This document shows positions 8,454 to 16,221 of a stretch of 64,000 nucleotides of DNA, piece by piece. Numbering within the stretch: position 1 is the first letter of the stretch; every line of letters begins with the position of its first letter. The position numbers were made by a program, and so were the translations under genes. The notes under the pieces were generated by a model. The model did no database searches. It was not told the DNA's origin and worked only from the letters and a program-made list of their open reading frames with translations. The stretch lies in NCBI GenBank assembly GCA_041305345.1, contig JBFYLP010000006.1, positions 369,601 to 433,600 of the forward strand, given 5' to 3'. This stretch comes from Candidatus Micrarchaeota archaeon (lineage in GTDB: Archaea > Micrarchaeota > Micrarchaeia > Norongarragalinales > SBBD01).

Positions 8454-10091
8454 TTACGATCGCTTCACATCTATCCTCATTCCGAGCTGCTTTTCGAGCT
8501 TCGAGATGCGGGCGCCGCGCTTCCCAATTGTGCGCGCAAAATCGTGGTCAGGCACGTACAGGATGAGCTTATTGCCCGCAACCTCGTAATCGTAGTTCTG
8601 GAGCTCGGCGTTTAGTATGCGCACGATCTTCTGCTCGTCAACATACGCGGGGGACGCCGGGGCGGAATCGGGCTCGTCTTGACTGAATTTTCCGCCAAAA
8701 CCCTTCCTGCCAAATTCCTTCTTCTTGCCCATTTCCCTCTTCTTGAGCGGGAAGACCACGGTTTCCTCGCCGAACTTGTAGATTTCGTACTCCGAAACCT
8801 TCGTGTGGAAATCGCGCACCTCGATCACGGGGCGGGAGAGATCCTGTTCGAACATCCCGGAGGGAACCTTCATTGTGAACTGCAGATCGTACACTTTCTC
8901 TATTTGCCCCTTCCTGACAAACAGAATGGTGTCAATGACTTGCGGTATCATCCCAAGGTCGATCTTGCCGATGAACCTTTGGATCGCATCGATTGGTTTT
9001 GAGGCGTGCACCACGCCAACCATCCCAACGCCTGCAAGGCGCAGGTCGGAAAAGGTGTGGAAATCCTCAGGCTTCCTAACCTCGTCATAAATGGTATAAT
9101 CGGGCCGGACGAGGAGAAGGATGTCCGCTGCCTGGATGAATGAGCCTTCAAGCGGCGCGTATTGCGTTATCTCCTTAGTTACCTGCAAGTCCCGCGGCTG
9201 CTCGAGCGTCTTTATGATCTTCTTTTGCGAGGAGTAATATTCCGCAAGAGCTGTTGCAAGCGTTGATTTTCCGCTTCCGGGAGGCCCCGCGATCAAGATG
9301 CCCTCTGCCTGCGAGTGCAGCCTTGCGAAAAGCTCCTCGCTTATGGCGTAATCCTCGATGCCCTTCTTTGTTATGGGCCTAACTATCGTAAGCTCGAAGG
9401 CCTCGGAAAATGGCGGCCTTGTGAAGGTGACGCGGAAATCGCCAATCTGCATGACAGTTGCGCCCTTCTTGTCTATTTCAATGAAGCCCTTTGCTTCCCT
9501 TTTCGAGTATTCAATTGCTTCCTTCACGAGCTTTTCAATCTCATCCTTTGAGATCGCAACGCCCGAAAGGTCCTTTAGCTCGAACTCGCCAGGGAGCCCT
9601 ATCTTCGCCTTGGGGACGCAGTTCTCCTTCAAGTGGACGGATAGGGTGTTCTTCTCACCGAAATACTTTGTGAACGAGAGCTTTGCCTCGGTTACTATGG
9701 GCCGCAGGTATTCGACGATGATCCCCTCTGCCTGCGCAACCCGGCTTTGCACCGCATCGGTTGTCATCAAGGTGGCATCGAGGTCCTTTGCAAGGCCCCG
9801 TATCTTGGAATCGATCTCGCCAAACCGCGCATTCCTTATTTCAAAGGCAGTTGGCCTCTCGCCTTCAAAGCGGATGTTGATCTTCCTTTGCTTTTGCAGT
9901 TCCTGCAGCTTCCTTAGCTCGTCAAGGCCGGCAAATCCTACTTCCTTCCCAACGTTCGCCTGGTATTCGAGCTCCGCAATCGTGGAGCGCGCAATCACAA
10001 GCTCGATTTCGTCGTGCCCTTTTGCGAGCAGCTCGGAAATCCTTCCATCTATCAGTACCCCAGTGTCGGGTACAATCCTTTTCATATTCAT
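8454..10091 (-). CDS. PIN-domain / PilT-like ATPase with C-terminal KH domain (conserved archaeal PIN-ATPase-KH protein)
   Basis: N-terminal PIN-like segment (IVPDTGVLIDGRI), Walker A GPPGSGKST, and a C-terminal KH-like segment (IGKRGARISKLEKQLGMRIDV). Confidence 0.7.
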   Translation of the reverse strand: MNMKRIVPDTGVLIDGRISELLAKGHDEIELVIARSTIAELEYQANVGKEVGFAGLDELRKLQELQKQRKINIRFEGERPTAFEIRNARFGEIDSKIRGLAKDLDATLMTTDAVQSRVAQAEGIIVEYLRPIVTEAKLSFTKYFGEKNTLSVHLKENCVPKAKIGLPGEFELKDLSGVAISKDEIEKLVKEAIEYSKREAKGFIEIDKKGATVMQIGDFRVTFTRPPFSEAFELTIVRPITKKGIEDYAISEELFARLHSQAEGILIAGPPGSGKSTLATALAEYYSSQKKIIKTLEQPRDLQVTKEITQYAPLEGSFIQAADILLLVRPDYTIYDEVRKPEDFHTFSDLRLAGVGMVGVVHASKPIDAIQRFIGKIDLGMIPQVIDTILFVRKGQIEKVYDLQFTMKVPSGMFEQDLSRPVIEVRDFHTKVSEYEIYKFGEETVVFPLKKREMGKKKEFGRKGFGGKFSQDEPDSAPASPAYVDEQKIVRILNAELQNYDYEVAGNKLILYVPDHDFARTIGKRGARISKLEKQLGMRIDVKRS

Positions 10092-10378
10092 TTACCTCAT
10101 TTAATGGGAATCCGGTTCAAATCTCCCAGGCGAATGCCAGGGAAACGGGCGTGCGTTATTTGCAGCGCTCCAGCCCCGTTTTTCCCATTGTTCAAACTAT
10201 CTAAGTGAATTGCGTAATAGAATTAGACCGTAGCCTTACTATTAACCTTTCCTTAGTGTTAGCACAACTATATGGTAAAACTGGTTTTTAATGGTTTGGT
10301 TTGGCCGCCCGCCTTGGGAAAGCTAAGCCCGGAGGACGCAATGCGCAAGTATAAATAGGGGGATTCAGTGTTCCTTCC

Positions 10379-11110
10379 ATGGAGGCGGAATTGCGGCTCT
10401 TCTGGAGCGGCGCATATTTTTCCGGGCTTTTCCTGCTATGGCTTTCCTTTTACTTCATCATAGAGCCCGTTAAGAAGCTGGAGTTAAGGCTCGGGAAGCC
10501 AACCCATTGGAAATACATACTGCTGGCGCTGGTTTTCCTCCTGGTAAGGCCGGCCGTGGATGCATATTTCGGGTATTTTGCAAGCACGCCTGCGGGCGAC
10601 CTCATAAATTTTGCATCCGTCCTTGCCGTGCTTATGGGAAGCCTCCTCGTTTTCATCCCGATAGCCAACCTCGCAAAACGCTCCCTTTCGGAAAGCATCG
10701 GCCTTGGCACCTGGCTCTTTTACCTGCAAGTTGCAATCGTCGCCTTTTACTTCTCGATACAAACCCCTTCAATGCTAAGCACCATATCGTCCGCAACCTA
10801 CTTCATTGCTGCCCTCATCCTGGGATTGAGCCTGAGGCTAATGTCCAATTTCGCGGAGGAATTCGAGATCATGTTCCCCTTAAGATGGATGTTTGATACT
10901 GCTGCGTGGGTGCTGCCCCTTGCGCTTGCAATCAGGGCGTATGGCGCGTCAGTTGCTGCAAGGTTTGAGAGCATTGCGGTTGCAGGCTATGTGGCGGAGG
11001 AGTTGAAAATCATCACGATATTCCTCATCTTCGTTTGCGGCCTGATCTCCTTCATTGCGGCATACACCCTGAAAAAAACGATCCTGGAGGAGCCCGCAAG
11101 GACAACGTGA
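10379..11110 (+). CDS. polytopic integral membrane protein, hypothetical
   Basis: 243 aa with about 7-8 hydrophobic helices; no family assigned. Confidence 0.4.
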   Translation: MEAELRLFWSGAYFSGLFLLWLSFYFIIEPVKKLELRLGKPTHWKYILLALVFLLVRPAVDAYFGYFASTPAGDLINFASVLAVLMGSLLVFIPIANLAKRSLSESIGLGTWLFYLQVAIVAFYFSIQTPSMLSTISSATYFIAALILGLSLRLMSNFAEEFEIMFPLRWMFDTAAWVLPLALAIRAYGASVAARFESIAVAGYVAEELKIITIFLIFVCGLISFIAAYTLKKTILEEPARTT

Positions 11111-11152
11111 ATATTCATCGGGCTTGTTTTGAGCTTCGTTCTACCCTAACAA

Positions 11153-11200
11153 TATATGTGCAACCTCCCGACTTTATGTGCAGGAGACAGTTTATGTGCA
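11153..11200 (+). promoter_or_regulatory. three direct copies of T(A/T)TATGTGCA spaced 18-20 bp, upstream of the giant surface-protein gene TATA box
   Basis: tatatgtgca (11153), tttatgtgca (11173), tttatgtgca (11191); TATA-like tttaaatac at 11221. Confidence 0.4.
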
Positions 11201-11304
11201 AAGCCTACCCACCCAAAAGGTTTAAATACTTGTTACCGTATAGTAGTAACATACTGTCTGAGGGGGCGGTATCCGGATTTTTTTAACGCATAAAGGTGTT
11301 ATGT

Positions 11305-14300
11305 ATGAAGGGTTGGGCTGTTGGCTTATTCGCATTTGCATTGATGATGGTTGCACTTGTTTCAACGGCATCGGCGTTGACGCCTAACTGTTTCGATAAG
11401 ATAAATAACGACCCTAGCTCGGGCCATTCCGGAATTGATTGCGCCGACAGGTGGACCGCTTATGGCGATGCGAATAATATCGGCGCCGAGACGTGTCCGG
11501 TTACGCTTCATCCGAAATTGGGGCCAAATGGGCAGTATTGCTGGAATGGGTTAATGCCAGTGTGTTCGCCTGGCCAGAATGAATACGATGGCAACTACTA
11601 TGCGGGCTGGGTTTGCCCTGACGGCCCGGCGTACGAGACGTATGTGCCAAATGGGGAATACGGAAGCGACACGTATGACGAGTACAACGAATATAACGAA
11701 TACAACGACTATTATTACGACAGCGGCTATGACGATTATTATTACGAGGATAGCTATTACTACGACGATTACTCATATACGTTCTGCGGGGATGGGATTT
11801 GCAGCTACGGAGAGCACTGTTTCTCAGACTGCGAGTATGGCCAAGGGAATGACTTCAACTATTATTACGATTACGGCTACTATGATGGCGGCTATGCGGG
11901 ATTCGACTACTGCTATGTCGATGCGCCGTATGTGGCGTATGAGGGGGATACCACCCCAATTAGGGTGGTGTTTTATGGAAGCGCACCGTATTCGGCTGAA
12001 GTCGACTGCGGGGATGGAAGCACTGCAACAGCTTACAGGAACGGCGTTTACAGTTATGATGGCGCGATGTACGCGTACTGCCATTACAATTACCAAGGGA
12101 TTTTCTATCCGAGGGCGTACGTTGGCGGATCGGTGTGCTATGGGGATTCGGTGGAGGTAAGGGGGGCAAGCCCGAATTACTATTACGATGATGACTACTA
12201 CGATGATTACGACGATGATGGCGATTATTACCCGTATCCTTCCCCAAAGCCCACGGTTACGGCTACTCCAACTCCGGAACCGAAGAATCCGGGATGCGCG
12301 TTGACTGCGATGCCTGGCGCAATCCAGGAGGGTGGAAGCTCGGTTGTATCCGTTAGCTATTATGATTTGAGCGCGGTGCCAAACTCCATTTCGATCAATT
12401 GCGGGAATGGCGCAACCAAGAATGCAGTGAACTGCTATGGAAAAACCGGAAGCTGCTCGGTATTTTGCAATTACCCTGATGAGGGCGAGTATGATGCAAT
12501 TGCCAGCGCATCGGGAATTGCGTGCTCCCCTACTACAATAGAGGTCGGCGCTGCAACTGCGGAAAAATGCTCTGATGGGACTTCATTTGGAACGTGCTCC
12601 ATCAACCAGCCAAAATATTGCGACGAGGGCCTGCTTGTTGATAGGGCAAGCATCTGCGGCTGCCCGGAAGATATGGTAAGGAGCGGTGAGAGATGCAAGG
12701 AGCCAGCAGGAAGCTGCTCGTTGATTTTGAATCCTTCAACTGTCCGGGCGAATGGGCAGAGCACGGCGGTTATAACTTTTGATGGAATTACCTCTCCGAT
12801 AGCGCAAGTGCTTTGCGGAAATGGTGAAACACAGACCGCAAGCTGCATATCATCGGGAAATTTGAAGGGAACGTGCACAGCGACTTGCGCTTATGGTGAG
12901 GAGAATTCGTACCCCGTAACCTACCAGGTGAGGGGAATCGTCTCGGGGGTGACCTGCGGGTCTGCAAACGTGCGTGTAACAGCTCCGCTTGAGGATGCTG
13001 GAACGCTGCTTGCGAAGGTGAGCGAATGCGAATCCGGGGAGGCATTGGAGCAGGCAAGGGTTAGGATAGAAGGAGAAAATGATTATTACACCGACAGGAA
13101 CGGGCAGCTGAAAGTGCAGCTGGAGCCGGCAACATACAACTTGCAAGTTTCGAAGAGCAACTACCTGCAAGCAACGCAAACGGTCGTTGTGCAAAGGGGG
13201 AAGATTTCAACTGCGGATGTGTGCCTCCAATCCGAAGGATGCGACATAGATGCAATATTGGTAAGGACGCCGCAAACAGATGATGCAAGGAGCCCGCTGC
13301 TCTTCCAGATCAAGGTGACGAACAACCTGAATATGGACAACACCGTGCAAATAGAATATTCATCCGCGTACAACATCGATGGCCCGCAAACAATCACGCT
13401 CGGTGCGCACGCATCGCAGACAATAAGCGTTTACGTGACGACTTCAGGAAGCAGGACGGGAAGGAGTTATGGCACCGTTTCAATCACCGGAACAAGCGAT
13501 TGCGCAAAGAACATCGACCTTCCAATTAATGTCGTTGGCGGGCTTAGCATCGAACTGGAACAGCCCTACAAGGAATCATTTGGCGGGAAGAAGGTCTGCT
13601 ATGATTTGCTCGTGAGGAACCGCGGGGAGAATGAGGGAACCGTAACACTTACATATACCGGAGATTTTGATGCGGAATTCAGCCCGGCGCAGTTCTACTT
13701 GAATGCGCAGGAGATAAAGGACGGGGTCGAGTTCTGCGTAAGCGTGCCTTCGGGCGAATCGGGCACCCACACTTTTGCACTAAGGGCGCTTAGCGGGATT
13801 TCGGATGCGCTCTCATTTGCAACCCTCAAGGTGCTCGAGTCAGGCGATTTCGAAACAGACATTGATGACAGCTGCATTTTCATCGAGGATGGCAGGATGT
13901 ACCCGATCTCGATTAGCAATGATGTGGCAGACGGGGATTATTCCGTTTCCCTTAGGGAAAATGGCGTGAATGCAAGAGTAACCCCATCGATGCTCTACAA
14001 TTTCAAGAGGGGAACTAGCAGGACAGTTTACATTTCAGCCGACGAGAGGAATTTTGATTCTGGCAGCACGGAATACGTGCAGCTGCTGCTTAAGAGGGAT
14101 GGCGAGATCGCATTGCAAAGGGACGTATGCCTGACAACGGATAGGTATTATTACGACGATTATTACTACGACGGGCACTACTACTATTACGACGGCGGGC
14201 ATTACTACAACCCGCCAAGCACATCGGTTAGCGGCATCTACACGCAGCTTTCCCAAAACTCCCTTAACCTGGCAAAGGAGGCGAGCGGATCCACGATACT

Positions 14301-16203
14301 TAGCGTGAAGAATACCGGAGGCAGGGGGGATTACTTTTACATAAGGGTGGATGCTCCGCTTCAGGTTTCGATTTCGGATAGCGCGTTCTACCTTGCTCCG
14401 GATGAGGAGAAGAAAGTGACCATCAGGGTAACAGCCGGTGCGGAGGCGAAAAGGTATAGCATCCCGATAAAAATATTCCAGGGAAGCGGAAGCGGCGGGG
14501 TTAATTACCAGGGAAGCATAGGCTCCTCGACTGCATTCATCAGGTGCGGGGATGGGAGGACTGTTGGGCTCGAGTGCGACGAGGGAACATCGAGCTGCGC
14601 GGCCAATTGCAGGTACACCGATGTTGGAAGCTTCACTTTGGAGGCGAATGTTGGCAACTTGCAGTGCGAAGAAAATGAGATCAGGGTAATTGGCGATGGC
14701 TCTAGAGGATGCGCGGTTTCAGTTGAGTCATATGTGCCAGGCGACACGAGGACCACGATCAGGGTCAGGTACTACAACTTGCCAAATGAGCCCAGTAATG
14801 AGGAGATACAGGTTTATTGCGGGAATGGGAATACCGTCACGGCAACTGATTGCGACGGCACAAGCGGCACCTGCACCGCAAGCTGCTATTACAGCGGCAC
14901 AAGCACGGTCACGGTTGGCGCGTCTGCAAGCGGGATTAGCTGCACATCAAGGGAGATCAAGGTTGGGAAGGAGAATAGCTACTGCAGCATTTCATCGCCC
15001 GGATTGGTGAGGGAGGGCGATGTTGCAACGGTCAGCTTGAAGTATAGGAATGCGCGCTTCGGCGGCCAGTTCTACCCATACAGCTACAGGACGGATGATG
15101 GCTACTATGAGAGTGGAAGGCTGATGAAAACGGAAACATTGCAGGTTATTGTTGCAGGCGGCGGAAGCACTGCCACGATCCCAGCTTCGGATTTGAAACC
15201 CGATGCAATTGAATTTAAGAGGGTAGTTGCCGGCGATTTGCCTTCAACTGGGAAGGGGAATGTGGCGGTGACCCTAAAGAACCTTCGCGATTACAAGCTT
15301 GATGAGATCGTATTGCTGGCGGAGGAATTGCCCGCGGGCGTTTCGCTCGTGCAGGTCGAGCCGTTCGAGATTTCATCGAATGGGGAGCGCACAATCTACT
15401 TCCAGCTCCAATCGGAGAATGCAAGGGAAGGGAAATATGAGCCCAAATTGAAAATCAGGTTTGATTCTCAGTCGCTTGAGAAGGCCTTTGAGCTTAGGAT
15501 CGTGCCTGAGTCCGAATCCCTGAATGCGGAGGTCACGATAAGCAATATCATTTACGAATCCGGAGATGGTGGGGGAAGGGCGAGGATAGATTTCTCTGTT
15601 CGCAACCTGGAGAGGAGCCCGATGCAGATTTCGGCGCTGTTTAGGGAAATCCCATCGGAATGGGGCTTTCGTGTTGAGCCCCCGCTTGGGATGATTGCTC
15701 CGGGGGATGTTGGCAACTTCTCTGCGAACATTTCCGCAAAGGGCGTCGAAAGCAAGAGTTATTCGGCCGTTATCGAGCTTAGGAGCGTGGATGGAAGGAC
15801 GCTTTCCGTTCCGGTCGTGCTCGAATTCAATAAGCTAAATCCGCTAAGCGGGCTGTTTAGCTTCGCATCCGGGCTTGGCGCATTGCAGATAATCATCATC
15901 CTACTCATAGTGGCGGTGGCCGCAATCGCATATGCGTCGATGAAGAGCGGTGCAAAGGAAGGGGATGAGGATGAGCGCAACGACAGGCTTAGGGGAATTG
16001 GGGATGAGATATCCGGAAGTGAGAAGCAAACCACCCTGCTTGACGAGAAGAAATTCACCAAGGGGCCATTAAAACGGCACAAGTATGAGAAGGTGAGATG
16101 GGCGGAGGAGCCGGATGATTACGAATCGACCTACATAGAGATGGATGAGGATTCGAAGGAGGACCGCCTCTCCTTCCAGAAGAAGGAGGATGAGGAGGAG
16201 TAA
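11305..16203 (+). CDS. giant cell-surface protein with signal peptide, Cys-rich repeat modules, Tyr/Asp-rich tracts, CarboxypepD_reg-like and CARDB/DUF11-like domains, C-terminal TM anchor and acidic tail
   Basis: ORF track gives a GTG start at 11296. ATG at 11305 gives MKGWAVGLFAFALMMVALVSTASA, a clean signal peptide. Five or more copies of a CGNG.T…C…GTC.A.C.Y module. Three Y/D-rich tracts (e.g. YYYDDYYYDGHYYYYDGGHYY). A CarboxypepD_reg-like segment (…ARVRIEGENDYYTDRNGQLKVQLEPATYNLQVSKSNY…). The C-terminus has a hydrophobic helix LQIIIILLIVAVAAIAYA followed by a K/E/D-rich tail. TATA-like box at 11221-11229. Confidence 0.6.
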   Translation: MKGWAVGLFAFALMMVALVSTASALTPNCFDKINNDPSSGHSGIDCADRWTAYGDANNIGAETCPVTLHPKLGPNGQYCWNGLMPVCSPGQNEYDGNYYAGWVCPDGPAYETYVPNGEYGSDTYDEYNEYNEYNDYYYDSGYDDYYYEDSYYYDDYSYTFCGDGICSYGEHCFSDCEYGQGNDFNYYYDYGYYDGGYAGFDYCYVDAPYVAYEGDTTPIRVVFYGSAPYSAEVDCGDGSTATAYRNGVYSYDGAMYAYCHYNYQGIFYPRAYVGGSVCYGDSVEVRGASPNYYYDDDYYDDYDDDGDYYPYPSPKPTVTATPTPEPKNPGCALTAMPGAIQEGGSSVVSVSYYDLSAVPNSISINCGNGATKNAVNCYGKTGSCSVFCNYPDEGEYDAIASASGIACSPTTIEVGAATAEKCSDGTSFGTCSINQPKYCDEGLLVDRASICGCPEDMVRSGERCKEPAGSCSLILNPSTVRANGQSTAVITFDGITSPIAQVLCGNGETQTASCISSGNLKGTCTATCAYGEENSYPVTYQVRGIVSGVTCGSANVRVTAPLEDAGTLLAKVSECESGEALEQARVRIEGENDYYTDRNGQLKVQLEPATYNLQVSKSNYLQATQTVVVQRGKISTADVCLQSEGCDIDAILVRTPQTDDARSPLLFQIKVTNNLNMDNTVQIEYSSAYNIDGPQTITLGAHASQTISVYVTTSGSRTGRSYGTVSITGTSDCAKNIDLPINVVGGLSIELEQPYKESFGGKKVCYDLLVRNRGENEGTVTLTYTGDFDAEFSPAQFYLNAQEIKDGVEFCVSVPSGESGTHTFALRALSGISDALSFATLKVLESGDFETDIDDSCIFIEDGRMYPISISNDVADGDYSVSLRENGVNARVTPSMLYNFKRGTSRTVYISADERNFDSGSTEYVQLLLKRDGEIALQRDVCLTTDRYYYDDYYYDGHYYYYDGGHYYNPPSTSVSGIYTQLSQNSLNLAKEASGSTILSVKNTGGRGDYFYIRVDAPLQVSISDSAFYLAPDEEKKVTIRVTAGAEAKRYSIPIKIFQGSGSGGVNYQGSIGSSTAFIRCGDGRTVGLECDEGTSSCAANCRYTDVGSFTLEANVGNLQCEENEIRVIGDGSRGCAVSVESYVPGDTRTTIRVRYYNLPNEPSNEEIQVYCGNGNTVTATDCDGTSGTCTASCYYSGTSTVTVGASASGISCTSREIKVGKENSYCSISSPGLVREGDVATVSLKYRNARFGGQFYPYSYRTDDGYYESGRLMKTETLQVIVAGGGSTATIPASDLKPDAIEFKRVVAGDLPSTGKGNVAVTLKNLRDYKLDEIVLLAEELPAGVSLVQVEPFEISSNGERTIYFQLQSENAREGKYEPKLKIRFDSQSLEKAFELRIVPESESLNAEVTISNIIYESGDGGGRARIDFSVRNLERSPMQISALFREIPSEWGFRVEPPLGMIAPGDVGNFSANISAKGVESKSYSAVIELRSVDGRTLSVPVVLEFNKLNPLSGLFSFASGLGALQIIIILLIVAVAAIAYASMKSGAKEGDEDERNDRLRGIGDEISGSEKQTTLLDEKKFTKGPLKRHKYEKVRWAEEPDDYESTYIEMDEDSKEDRLSFQKKEDEEE

Positions 16204-16221
16204 CGAAGAGGGTAGATCGCG

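Noticed and set aside
10100-10378. Possible tRNA or CRISPR leader in the intergenic region before the membrane-protein gene
   Set aside because: No repeated spacer-repeat periodicity or tRNA-like structure; an AT-rich promoter-like sequence (tataaatag at ~10350) explains it.
11501-12247. Several 90-190-aa ORFs on both strands inside the giant surface-protein gene (e.g. 11579..12160, 11824..12096, 11960..12247)
   Set aside because: They arise from the repetitive tat/gac-rich coding sequence of the Y/D-rich tracts. They give low-complexity Thr/Ile/Arg translations and overlap a strongly supported long CDS.
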